Positions 47,401 to 60,790 of a stretch of 64,000 nucleotides of DNA are shown piece by piece. The stretch is taken from assembly GCA_047967505.1 (NCBI GenBank), contig CM106538.1. One strand, 5' to 3'. Origin of the DNA: Dipteris shenzhenensis. Its lineage: Eukaryota. Both the position numbers and the translations under genes were made by a program. Within the stretch, counting starts at the first letter, position 1. Each line of letters opens with the position of its first letter. Under the pieces are notes generated by a model, which searched no databases, was not told the origin of the DNA, and worked only from the letters and a program-made list of their open reading frames with translations.

Positions 47401-50400
47401 CATTTTGTGAGGTATGATGTGCAGTATGATGCTGCTGCATATGGTTCCAAGATATATTGGGTGTCCATATTAGATTTCCATAGGTTTATAAGCTGTGGTG
47501 AAAATGGATTGGTGCGTATGTTTGTTAGGCTATGTTTTAAAAAGACTCTGGGATGTTTTAATGTTGCAGAAATTGACTGTTTGTATGCACGTTCATCTAA
47601 GTGTAAGGCAGATAAAAATTCTTCGAATGTTTTAATTTTATTGTCTTCAGTATATGTCTCTAGAAATTGGAGTATTTCTTTCGCTTTTTCAAGCTCTTCT
47701 TTCTTTATGTCTTTGACAGGTACTAGAATCATAGTTTCATTAATTGGTGGTTGAGGAAAATTGAATCTACATTTTGTTTTATGTTTTTTTCGACATGTGT
47801 GTGTGTGATAGTGTGTTTGTATATTTCGTATTTCTTCATCGATAAGTTCTCTATCGATGAGATATACTTGTCTATGAACTTTATAATTCCATCATTGTTT
47901 GATTGGTTGTATGTAGGTGCATTTTTTACCCATAGTAAGCCATGTTCGTGTTCGCTTCCGCGTGATTGAAATTCCGTCACAAAGAAAAAATCTTCAACCT
48001 CACAGTATAAATGTTTTGTATGTTTTAGAAGTTTTCTAAGTGAAGAAGTTCTATGTGAGTAGTAATGTGCACATGTAACGGGATCTTGTCTAATTATTTT
48101 ATGTATGTTATCTTTACTAGTATCTTGGTTATCATTGTCTTTTGCTAGTATTTGCAAGGCTTTTAAAGAGGTTCCCAAAGGCGTTCTCCAGTAGTCAACG
48201 TCTCAAAAAATGTAGGTGGACCAAGTTGACGTATCATAGTAAATAGTTTCTTTCGCAATTGTTCAAGGTAGTCTGGTGATGTACGTAATCGTTTCAAGTC
48301 ACGGTAGCCTATGTCTGAACATAATATATGATCGAGGTTTGCTTTTGTTTTAACCTCTTTTGCATAAATGATTCTATTTTTTAGCTTTCCTTTTCGAAGC
48401 CCGCGATCCATGAGGATGATGCGATTTGTTGGATCATAACTTTGATCACCTTGAAAAATATATTAGTAATATGCGTAGCGAATCGTTGGTCTTGGTTTGT
48501 TAATTCCCATTGTGCTATTTTTTGGTAGCTAAGTCTTTCTTTTATTGTTTTCCTTCTCTCATTGCCATAGAATAATTTTGGAAAATTTAGTTCTTCGCAA
48601 TTTTCGTCTTTGAAAAATCCAAGTGGATGGTATTCTTGTGAAGGTGCTATTGTTATAATATTAGAAGTGGTGTCGAAAAATTCACCTGAGTCCATGAAAC
48701 CGTGTACAAGTGTATCTGTGCAAGTATCGACGGCCTCTTCGTTAGAGATTTCAATACTATCATCGCTATCTTGGTGGTTGTCATGTGTTTGATTTGGTTT
48801 GTTCATTTCATAACTTAGATGAAATTGTGATATCCATAAATTTGAGATCTTAACTTTGTACTTTCTATAAAGTGGTGTTTATGTAAGAATGTGTAAAGCT
48901 TTCATGACATTATATGGTTGAATGTACCCACTTGTATAAATTGATTTGTATTCAAGTTTACGCTTTATTGCCACACCTATTGTCAATGTATGTTCTATTG
49001 GTTGTGGAAGTATAGTTTGTATGATATTGGTATTTGTAGGCACATTAATAATACTACCTTTTAGTAAGTATTGCCCATAGTTCAAAATTTGGTGTATTTG
49101 GCCAAATGTGTTTTGAGGAGCGACTAGTCTTTCTTCTAGTTTGCTCAACTTTGAGATTTCTGGCAACTCTTTTTGCATTTGGATGCCGTATGGTGATGCG
49201 TATTTTGGTATTTTGTCTTTTCGGGTTTGCTTGTAGCATTCAGTGTAAATTTTTGTGTCTTCTTTTTCGCTACATGTCAGTTGCATTTGCAATTCACGTT
49301 CAAGGAAATCTATTCCTTTTGAGGAACGCTCTTTTAATTGAAAATCAAACGACAACCGTTCGTAGCAAAAGCAAGGATGTATAGGACAGTCTAAAATCTT
49401 CTTCAAGTAATTCGTAACAGCATGTTGGTCACAATCATGAATGATATCAAGCCAAGGTTCAAGTTTTTCAATACATGTTTCTTGGATATTTTGTTGCTTT
49501 AAAGATTCTATGTTTGCAAGTTTTTTCTCTTTTTGAAGTATATATCATAAGTGTTTAACTGCAAAGTAGGGTGTTGTGCTTAGTTGTGGGTGTTCTTTTA
49601 AAAACATTGAGCATACTTGTAACTTGGACTATTGTTGGTTCTGTCGAACTAAAGAGATTAAATCATTATTCACATCATTGTTCCATGATGTACGGATTCT
49701 TTTATCATGTGCTTGATTTATCCCATTGTCATAAATACTTGCTGGCTTGGAATTTTTATGGATACTTTCGAGATGATTGTATTCTTGTATAGCATCTATG
49801 TCCACAATAGGTTCATAGTGACCATTATTCTGAAATGTATCATAGTATATAAGATTACATGTATAAGAATTTTCAAACGTGTACTTCAAAAATGGGTGGG
49901 CTGTTGAGCTAGACCAAATAGTAATGTTTATATTAAGTGCTTTTGCGATCCAATACAATATTATTAAGTCACCCCATAACCCGCCATTGGTGCCGTTTGT
50001 AGCCATACTTGTTAAATATTAGTTAATAGTATCAATATTGTGCATGGTGTTCAAGTAATTGTGTGTCGTGTACTTGCACAATTTGTAGTGCATGTTCAGT
50101 TTGTTGGATAAGTTCTTCTTTAAATTTTGAAGCAGCTTTTTTTCGTATTTCTTGGCTTGTGTAAAAAAATTTTAACATATAAGAGATACTATCAAAAAGA
50201 CAATCTCCGACATTGTAGCTATAGTTTGGTACTCTTACTAATCGTCTTTCATGTAATATTTTGTCTAGTATGGATATACTTGTATTTGTATTTGAGCATA
50301 GTGTTACATTGTTATAGTTGTTAGGATCTTTCTTCTCATGTTCTACTTTTTTATTTTTTCGGACTTTACAATTTTGAATTTTTTCATCTTTTTCAAAATT

Positions 50401-51436
50401 TTAAAATTTTCTTCACTTTATTTTTAATAATTACTGGTTCATAGTGGCCGTTATTTTGTTGTGTATCGTAGTAAACTAAATTCATTTTCTCTAGATTAGG
50501 GTTGATATTTATTTGAAGAAATGGTTGGCTTGTTGCATGTGACCAGAGTATTATGTTTTTTTGTATCGACTCTGCTATCCAATGTAGCATGAAGAAGTCA
50601 CCTTTTAAACTGCCGTCAATAACGCTTTTAGACATGTTGATGTAGTATTCGTCCATGGTACTAATTTCATGCAACTTGAAAAGTTCTTGGTCAAAGGAAT
50701 ACTGTATAGTATTAACTGTTGTAATATCTGAGTATTAAAATGTGAGTTGTAACTGTTTAATAGCCTCGAAGCGTACTTGTTGAGATGTAAAACGTTTTTC
50801 AAGCAAGTAAGAAATACTATCAAAAAGTGAATCTCCATCTATATAATCATATTCTGGGATTCATAGTAGATTGTCTTTTGCTAATTGCATGTCCGATTGT
50901 GTTGTGCTTTGATCTTTGCATGTTGTTTGTTCAAAGTGTTCAAGATGTATTAATGGCTCGAAGTGTCCTGTATGTCAAGTTTGGTCATCTTATAAAATGT
51001 TAAAGGAAGGCATGTGGCATTTGTCAGTATATGTAATGTATGGTTTAATGTGAGTTGAAGACCACACCGTGATTGAACAAGCAAAACATCTTGCTAACCA
51101 GTAAATACAAAAATGGTCATCCCATAATCCGTTGGCTGAAGCTGGTAATCTCATACGGTGAAAGTATTCTTCTCTTGTATATACTCCATGTAAAGTTGAA
51201 AGTACATCAAGTGTCAAGAAAGTACGCATGCATGTGTTTGCATCGTGTTTTTTGTTTTTAAGAGCTACTAGGAAACTATCAATTATAATTTTACGTATGT
51301 TTGGATCAGATTGCTTAAAATCCATTAGAAAGCTTAAAGTATCAAATAAACAATCACAAGGTATGTATTTGTAATTTGAGGGGCGATGTAAGCCATGCAG
51401 GCTTAGGGCTCTGTTTATTCTATCCATGGCTTGCAT
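44433..51436 (-). mobile_element. Decayed Helentron/Helitron2-type transposase: 3x OTU - DUF6570 - HUH Rep - PIF1 helicase - AP endonuclease
   Basis: OTU-like repeats (DCLFD..W....IYW..ITVWS..GHFEP; GDSLFD..GHYEP; GDCLFD..LWGD..GHYEP); LEERLVAP..LKGSIINVP; RTSPDYL..IRQLGPPTFF.TLT; EFQSRGSEHEHGLLW; YCTSYLTK; FITGGAGTEKT, VDEISLIG, PFGG..GDLYQ, IHYSQGLTL, YTALSR; EEP endonuclease TLNTRSL..ICLTE..MYRSP..LGDFNID..LDHIWTN..WSNH. Many frameshifts and stops. Confidence 0.92.
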
Positions 51437-52299
51437 GTATACTTTTATTTGGAACCTGTAGGCAACAAAAAAGAACAAGATGTAATGCAGTTAAAATTTT
51501 ACTATGTAACATGTTGTTTAAATTAGAATCGGATACTAGAATAGTGACAAGTTAGTAAAAAAATAAAAGAAAATAGCACAACATATAAATTTGAATAGCA
51601 TTAAGTTAAAAGAAAATGTGTATGTACATGGTAAATTTACTTCTCACAACTCAATAAACAATATTGATAGATGAAGGTACAATGGTAAAGAGTCAATGAA
51701 AACAAAACACCATTTTACTAGGAACATGTAGCTGGGAAACATGGTAGATGTACTTCTTACAACTCAACAAGCTGTGTTGATGGGCCAAAGTACAACGATA
51801 AAGAGTGGCAATGAAAACCAAAAACCATTTTGCTAGGAACATGTGGCTAGGAAAAGAGTTCTAATGTTGAAGTAGATATGAAACACTCCTAAGGTGGAAA
51901 CAAAGATGAGGAAAAGAATCCATTTATATCTCATGCATCTCAGGTCCTATTTTCTATCCACGCTTTTGCCAAGCAATGTGAAACCTTTTAAATATTTGCC
52001 TTTGCATTCCATCTAGCAAATGTTTACTAGTTGTAGTAGATCTAATTTCCTCATTGGTCAATGCCATGACATGCCTGATTGAAAACTCACAAATAAGCAT
52101 TTGAATCTCAAACTTTAGCTTTGCACTCTCTCCCTCTGTTGAGTTTTTGTGCTCCATTGTTGCGTGATGATCTAGATCAATCAACAATCATCATGTAAGT
52201 ATTCTACCAAGTAGCACTAGTAATAAATCATAAAAGCTACTCATGCCATAGTAATTTTAAAAGAAGTATATTTAATACAACTGTTAGAATACAAAGTAA

Positions 52300-54682
52300 C
52301 ATATTAATTTAATATCGGCACTACCAACATCGATATCATTAAATAGCAAGCAAGTAAAAACTTATAATATCGTAGCATGGTATATATTCTCGCAATGTAA
52401 TATTGAAGAATAGTTTATACGAACAAATAGAGCAGTTGAACTTCTGAAAGATTAGGTTCAAGATATTCTTCAAGTCTAGTTTTGTGCAAATTTTATCTAG
52501 TAGATAGGACATTAACATTTTGAATGTTTTCAGATATGCTATAGATTTGTAGTAGTATAACTCTATAAAATTGTACCACTAGAATTTAGAATGGACTTTT
52601 AGTTATAAAATAACACTACAAGAATCTATGTAAACTCCCAAATGAATAGATTGTAAATAAATTTTAAATCTTAAACGAATCGTGGTGTTCATGACTTTTA
52701 CATTTGTTAACATCGATATTATTAAATAACAAATGAGTAGAAGCTTATTATCTTGTAATATAATATGCAGATTAACAATTTATTTTTAAGCTAGATAGTA
52801 TGTAAGCTCAACTTTTATAAAAAATAACATATGAGTTTAGCATTAATATTGTTAACATTTACATTATTAAACATCAAATAAGCAAAAGCTTACAATCTGA
52901 TAATATCATATATAAATGGAGTATTTATATAAGTAAATAGGATATCGATAAAATACACATACATTTAGAAGTCAAAAATTATAGTAAATAGTACTACATA
53001 TTTAATACTAGTATAAATTAGATGTACACTATGTAATAGCTATCTATCATTGAAGCTTCGAAACTCACATCATTTACTAATTACTAGTTAAAGAGATATC
53101 ATCAAGCTAATATGATCTAGAACATAAAACATGCAACAATATTACATAATCAAGATGATCTAGATTATCATTTATGATTACACATCTGATTGCTCATGGT
53201 GTACTAATTCTAGATAAAGTATATGTGATGCAATCTTTAGAGTGCATAGTAATATGTTAATTTAATATCAGTACTATTAATAGAAATATCATAAATAGCA
53301 AACAACTAGGGACTTATAATATCATAATATCATATATAATCTCACAATGTAATATAAAAGGTTATGTTATATAGAAAAATAAAGCAATTAAAGTTCTAAA
53401 AGATTAGGTGCAAGATCTTCTTCAAGTTCAATTTTGCAAAAAACTTATCTATTAGGCAGAAAATAAGCATTTTAAAGTTTTTTAGGTATGCTATAGATTC
53501 ATAGTAGTTCTATGACTCTAGAAAATTCTAGGATTACAATTTAAAATGGACTCTAGTTATAAAATAATGTTATAAGAATCTATGTAAACTCGCAAATGAA
53601 TAAATCGCAAGTGAATTTCAAATCTTGAATAAACCAATTATATAGTATTCATATCATAAATAATAGAAGAAAACCATCATGTAAACAAACAAAGGAGTGT
53701 TGAACTTTTACAAAAGACCCAAGTTTTATATATTCAAGATTTCCTTTTATACATTTTTTACTAGTTTAAGATTGAAGCTAGAAGAAAAAGAAGGTGAAAA
53801 CAAAAACATAATATAACTAAACTTCCAGGAAATCAAGTGTGCCATTTTTGGATAACTTTATATTCGATCAAGGCTTTCAAGACAGTGGCACGACACAGAG
53901 AGTAGTGGGAGCCTTAGGCAACGTACTTCACAAATTGTGGGTCCTTGTAATATTGAAGGCCTTCCCACAATTCATCCTGCAATTGATCCTTCTTTTGAGT
54001 AATAATCTCAGGTCGATGTTGTGGAACACTAAGCTCTTTCTCCAATTGATCAATTTCATGTACAATGATCTTAGGTTGCCGAGGAACCCATTGCGAAACA
54101 ACTTCATCTTCTATAGGATATTGAGTTGAAGGAACATCGTTGCTACCGTTGCTTTCCATATCTGTTTGTTCGTACTTTCATCAAGCAATATGTAAGTTTA
54201 GCATTAACTTCGTTGACATCGACATCATTAAACAACAAATGGACAATATCATATGTAGACTAACTATTTATATCTGAACTAGATAATTTATGAATTCACC
54301 ATTAATAAAAAATGATGTATAAGTTTAACATTAATATTATAAACATACATATCATTAAACATCAAACAAGCGAAAGCTTACAATATAATAATATCATATA
54401 CATAAATGGAGTGTTTACATAACTAAGTAGAAAATCAATAAAATGCACATACAATTAGATGTCAAAAATTGTAGCAAATAGTACTATATATTTAATAATA
54501 GTATAAATTGCATGTATACTATGTAATAGTTCTGTATCTTTGAAACTTTAAATCTCACACCAATTACTATTTACTAGTTAAAAAGATATCATCAAGCTAG
54601 TATAACTTAGAACATAAAACATGCAACAGCACCACATAACCAAGATGATCTAGATCATCATTTATGATCACACATCCGGTTG
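52300..54682. repeat. AT-rich segmental direct duplication upstream of the Helentron ORF
   Basis: 52300-52680 resembles 53251-53634, and 52820-53192 resembles 54310-54682. A shorter sub-motif recurs about six times. Confidence 0.85.
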
Positions 54683-56949
54683 GGAAGATCATTATCGAGA
54701 TGAACCGACCAGTAGGAATGAGCCATCATCTAGATAACAATCAGCTCTATTTGCACCTATGTACATGTATATGTATACGTGCATACTAAATCATAACGAG
54801 GTAATTCAAACCAACAAATGCGAGTTATCACCCGATTGTGATTGTATACTATCTAAATATGTACATAATTCAAAGCGAGATGATTCCAACTAGCACAAGC
54901 GAGCCATCATCTAGCTTTAAATGGTAAATATAAATATAGATTCCTCTTTCTCTCTCTTTCTCTCTCTCTCTCTCTCCCCTTTTTTTTCCCTGCTTTTTTA
55001 CATCAATCAAAATAAAAATATATAATTCATCTTGTTAATGTAACCGATCAATTAGTTTTGATTGATAGCTATATAATTGTACTATGTTCATTTGTTGTTA
55101 GTAAATGCTACTATCAAATTTCTACTAATTATTTATCACTAGCAAACATTATTATTCAATAATAAATAGTTACTAGCAAGGAATATGTTACCAACATAAT
55201 ACAAACTTAAAAAAACACACGCGTATACATATGCACATGCACGTATACATTATATATGTGGTTAACACAAGCCTCCTCCAAAGGAATGAACATGAAGTGG
55301 CTTACTGAAGAAGCTACAACTCTCTATCTCTTTCTCTCTCTCTCTCTCTCTCTCCTTCCTTAAAGATTCTGTATCAAGCTTACAATATTAAAACTCACTA
55401 TACAAGACTCTACTTGAATTGTCACCTAGCTAAGGATCCCAACTGTGAGCTCATTTTCTCGTCTTCATTTATTTTTTGAACTCTCTTTAGAATCCATCAC
55501 TGAACCCAACACTTGCTAAAACGCTTCCTTATAAATTCCACATATCTCACAAAGAACCTTATCATTCTAGGCCTCTCATCGATTCTCTTTTACTTGTCTT
55601 CATTATTACCTAGGTCTAGCAATAAACCTAGACTCAACCCCCTCATAATGAATAATACAATAAACGTTTCTGAAAAGAGAGTAGATATAATAAATAAATA
55701 AAACGAAAACATGTCACTCAAGATAACCAATACGAGAAAAACTTGTCAATAGAAATCTTAATCACAAGAAAGTTTGCTATAAAAGACTACATAGAAACAA
55801 TAACATGAAAATGAGTAAGCTAAACACTTTTCTTCAATGTTTTTTTCCACATAAGAATTCATTATATCTACTAATTTCATGCTCAACAAATGAAGGCTAA
55901 TGCGAAACTACTCAAAGCAAAGAGACAAATTAAAGACTACTAATTAAAGAGTATTAATGATACTTCCCAAAAACAAAAAAAGATACTTGTTTCCCACAAA
56001 AAGACTCCTGTCTATCTTTTCATGTCATGCCCAACAATAAAATAAAAAATTCTCTTTGCCTCTCTTTAGCCATTTCTGATCCATCATGTTGACATGCTAG
56101 GCTCACTGCATATTTGTAGTATTGACCTATTCAAAGTATGTGCTTACATATTCTTATGCATGCCTTTGAGTCCACAGCTGTGCAAGCTGCGATGCTATTG
56201 ATGAGCAATAAGCATGATTATCTGTTGTCACTCTTATTGATTTTCTCAGAGCTACTACATTTAAATGATCTAGGATCTTAAGAGATTTTGCACGTTAGAC
56301 AGCTGATCTTTATCCCAAATACTAGTAAGTTAAATTGAGCGATTCAAATACTAACTGCCTTGTTTGTGCGAAGCAAACACAAATTGGCATTCTTGTTTGT
56401 TCAGTGTCTTACATTAGCTAGTCCAGTAATTTCCCTTACCAACCATCGTCTATGACGATGTACCGCCAAGCCAATGAAGTCCTTCAATTCAAAGATGGAT
56501 ACCTCATAGCGAGCGATGATTTCAAACTAAACAACAGATTCATGTATCTGGGGAGGAAAACCTAGGAGACATAATCAAGCATAAACTTGGCATTAAATCT
56601 TCTACGTCAGGTCATGGTTTAGTTGTCTTTTGTGACTCGTGGTCATCGAATTCTAATACGCAATATCATTCTAAGATTGGTCTATGTGGTCTTGGTTGCT
56701 TGACAGAAATGCAATTGAACTTGCACGCGGTGCTCTTGCCGCACTCCTTTACGCTTGTGAAGAAGAGGACCAGGAGGAAATTAAAGCCGTGTTATCACAG
56801 TCTTCAACATCCATCATGGGAAATAGAATCTAATTGGACAATGTTGTCATCTCCCAACAAGACCTCGCAAGCTTCGGGCTGCTGACCCTGCTCCGCCATT
56901 TAGGGCTGCTACTCTTACTCTGATTATTGTGAACTTGGCATATGAAGAT

Positions 56950-58065
56950 GGTAATCCAGGGAGGATGGCCTTCATGAACAAGCTCCTAAGATGACACAGT
57001 GTCGGATTTGATCATCGTCCTCAACTACAGAGGAAAAACTCCACTAAAGTTTGCTCTACGGATCGGCTCCACTGAGGCTTGTAATTTTTTGTGGGAAATT
57101 TCCCTTTTATTAGCGATTCTTTTTCAAAAGATGACCCCGAAGAAGATAGCATTTTGCATTCCTACGCCAGGGGATACATTAACGATGTATCATTCGGGTG
57201 AACTCTGATGAAGAAGTTGGAGCCGGTGTTAGGATCGCTATTAAACTATGCCAACCGTTCCAGGCAATCACCACTGATGCTTGCTCTACAGTCGGGTCAT
57301 TCATAGGCTTGTCTTCAGCTGCTAGAGGTTGAAGGCATAAACGTAGATTTTCGAGATGAAGAAGAGAACTCTGCTTTACAACTCTATGGCCTGGGAGGCA
57401 CGGATGAGAGTCTATTTTTGACCAGTTGATGAAACATGCCAGTGTACAACAATTGCTCAATAAACGGAATGGATTGAAGGCCTCAGGACAGACTCCACTC
57501 ATGTCTGCTCTTGCAATAGGAAAGTCCAAAGCAAGTGAAAATATATTGGCAGAGAAGAGAGTGGAGGTCCATAGAAAGAATGTAAATAGAAACATTGTCT
57601 TGCATTTATTTGCACAAGGAGTCGAGCTAAGGTGGTGTGGAAAAAACTAATGAGCAAGGAAGGGGTGAGCAAGCACATCAAAGAGTGCAACCGCAGTGGA
57701 GAAATACCCCTCATGTGTGCATTGAAGAAGGGATGCATCGAGGCTTGCAGAGTGATGTTATAAGCTGAAAGCACTGAAGAAGGGATGCATCGAGGCTTGC
57801 AGAGTGATGTTATAAGCTGGAACCAATCTAGCAAGAGATGTAGATTCTGCTAGAAATAGTGTTCTCCATTGCTACGACGAGGGTGCGATAGATGAAGATA
57901 ATATCTCGAGAGTTGATGAGACATGATGGGGTAGCGGAGTGGATAAACAAATACAACAAATATAGACAAACTCCACTGATATGCACATTAACTAGCAATA
58001 GGTATGGGCAGGTGCATGGAGATGCAGCAGCAGCTACTGCAGATGCCCAAGTATTGCGCAACTAA
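56950..58065 (+). pseudogene. Ankyrin-repeat protein pseudogene
   Basis: NYRGKTPLKFALRIGSTEACNFL, ASGQTPLMSALAIGKSKA, NRNIVLHL, NRSGEIPLMCALKKGCIEACRVML, NKYRQTPLICT. Stops, frameshifts and a tandem duplication (57723-57767 = 57775-57819). Confidence 0.85.
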
Positions 58066-59967
58066 TGCCCAAGAGATGGATTTCTCGCTCTGCCAAAGCA
58101 TCTCAGTAAACATCGATCCTGATGAAATCTTTAGAGAGCCCCTCTTCCCCTTTCGCTACTCGATCTACGCTTGTTGAATCGAGTCGTTCTACAGATTGGG
58201 AGGAACTATTGCATGGGGATAGCCTCATGAAAGAGAGCCATTTCATTGGTCAAAGCAACAGAAACCAAATAGAATTATCTATTATTGTAGTTCTACTGGC
58301 AATGTTCAAAACAAAAAAGCATTCACACAGAAAAGATCTCACATCAAACGTACAAGTACCTGCAATATTTGAAGCAGTCTCAGGGAAAAGCCAAACAACT
58401 ATAGTTAAACGATCACCGCACAGATGTGCAATGAGGAGTGCAAGCAGGGATGCAGACTCAAATCCACGGGCAAAGTAGAAAAGGTACAAAAAGATAGTTC
58501 TGGTTGATCTTCAGTGCTAACAAAAATAGAAATTTCTTTTACAAAGCAAGGAAAAGACATGGTATCCCCACTTTAGACGGAGACCCCAACTCATTGCTAT
58601 AGGCTACCCCTAGTGGGGCAGTGCTAAAAAACCTCCCTTTGGTTAAAATCTTAAAAGAGCAACATAAAATTTTTAAAGAGCATCATAAGTCGTGCAAAGG
58701 AGGTTATTTATAAGAGTTAAATTTTACGGCAAAATGTATTTTAAATGTGTTTGAAATATTGACCTTGAAAAGCTCGGCTTCACCTAAAACCTCCCTTTGG
58801 TTAAAATCTTAAAAGACCAACATAAGTCATCCCAAGGAAATTATTTATAAGAGTTAAATTTTTACAAAAAAATGTATTTTAAAGGTGTTTGAAATATGAC
58901 CTTGTGCTCCAAATATGTTTTTGTCCACTTTAGGAATGCACGATTTGCATTCAGCTCTATAGTTTATGGCCATAGTTTGGTCTTATGGGTGCAAAATGAT
59001 TCCACCTCCTTCAACTCTACCATTTGTGACCTTTGTCTGGTGTTGCGGGTGTGAAATGATTATGGTGTGATGATGGATTCCCATCTCGTCCGCCTCTTTA
59101 TCCTCAGTTCATCTTGTGCTCCAAATATGTTTTTGGTCCATTTTGAGGATACACAATTTGCATGCAACTCTATAGTTTGGGCCTTCATCTATGCTATGGG
59201 TGTGACATGATTCTGTGAAGATTGGCTATATTGAGAACGGAGGGGGAGTATATTGTGTGATTGGCTACATACATATTGAATTCGTTAGTGCTAGCCTTAA
59301 GTACAAGTCAATCGTCACATTTACAAAGGATTCGTGAGGTCTACTTTTGGCCCTCGATCCATAGCCTCTATACCTAGTCCTCATAGGGAGAGCATTGGCT
59401 AATGAGATACTACATTCCTTGTAAGTTAGGCCGTTGCTTCTACAAGGGTTTTGGGATGACAAATTAGGTTTCCACTTTTTAAGTCTGATCCATGCTCCTA
59501 TTGCTACTCAACATTCTACCTCAAGTGCTAGATATTGTGCTCCAATATTTTTTGATATTACTAGCCAACATTGCCACTCCAACACTACTATATGGTCCAT
59601 TCGAACAACATGTGGAGAGGAAAGTATAGGGTTGTGTCATGATGGTAATGTGGGTTGTGATAAGTTTGCTGAGCATAGAAAATACCAACGATTCCTCGTG
59701 TGCCCACCTAATACAATCTCATTTGGTGCTCACTTGCTCCTTGCTCCTTGCTTTTTTCCATGCTTTCTTTGTTTTTTGGTGCTTGTGCTACTTCTTTTCA
59801 TTCCCACTTCATTTGATCACAAGGCTTTGTTTTTTGCCTCTTTTTTTTTCGTTTTTTTAGTTTTTTTTTTGTCTCAAAAGACAATATATAACCATGTCAG
59901 GCTCCCTTTACACTTGGGTGGACCTTTAAACAAAAGAAGAAGAAAACAAATGCAGATCATACATTAT

Positions 59968-60790
59968 TTATAGACTCAGAGTCTATTGGTTTAACTTTAA
60001 AATCCTTGATCCAAGCCTTACCATCTTTGTAGACATCCCATTTGCCTTCCTTTTTGGCCTCCTCAGCCTTTGCTAGTTCTAAGCTTTTGTTCCGTAGTTG
60101 ATTCTTTGTAAGTTCCTCTTCAATCCACACATAGACCTTTCAATTTGTTGGATTGTCTAAGAGCTTGTGTTCTTTCAGCCCTTGACTCGAAGGTAAGAAT
60201 TCTTTGCACTCCTTCTTGAGTTATCTCAAAGATGAGATCACTCAAATCAATGCCTAGTAAAGCTTTGCTGAGTTTTTCACAGGTCGTCTTCCCAAGAATC
60301 CTTTGCTACATTCCAGTTGTCTGCTGGTAGTTGTCCAATTCTAAGCTTCTTTGAGTTGAGCAACCTTTCAGATTGCTCCTTTATTTCCTTCTGTAGTCAT
60401 GTAGAGTCTAAGGAGCTCTTTACTTCTCCTTTGATCTCTCCCTTGGGATTCTCTTGGATCTCTTTATTGAGCTTCTTATGCACCTCTTCAATTTGTCTAG
60501 ATACTAATTCATCATCTAAAATTGAAATGGGAGTTGGCTTGTTTAGCTTCAGCTCATTCACTTTCATTCCCTCCTCTAGATCCTAAAATATCTACCTCAA
60601 TTCATTGTTCTCCTTCTTGAGCAAGAGAATCTTCTCTTGGAGAAGAAGCATGACCTCATTCTGCCTAGTGTTAGGCAAAGGTGATGCTAGTTTTGTAGCA
60701 TACGAAGGCTACTTATCTACTTTTCTGTCATTCATTGTATAGACAAAATGATAGTCTACTAGAGCCCCCCCCTTTTTAGCCATGCTCATA
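59968..60790 (-). mobile_element. Non-LTR retrotransposon ORF1 remnant (coiled coil + RRM/CTD type)
   Basis: Coiled-coil segment, then RLLNSKKLRIGQLP...ILTFESRAERTQALRQSNKLKG..VWIEEELTKNQLRNKSLELAKAEEAKKEGKWDVYKDGKAWI, typical of LINE ORF1 C-termini. ORF2 not found. Confidence 0.55.

Noticed and set aside
14998-51436. Functional coupling of the SINA E3 ligase with the neighbouring OTU deubiquitinase domains
   Set aside because: The OTUs are part of a decayed transposase with many frameshifts; adjacency is most simply chance.
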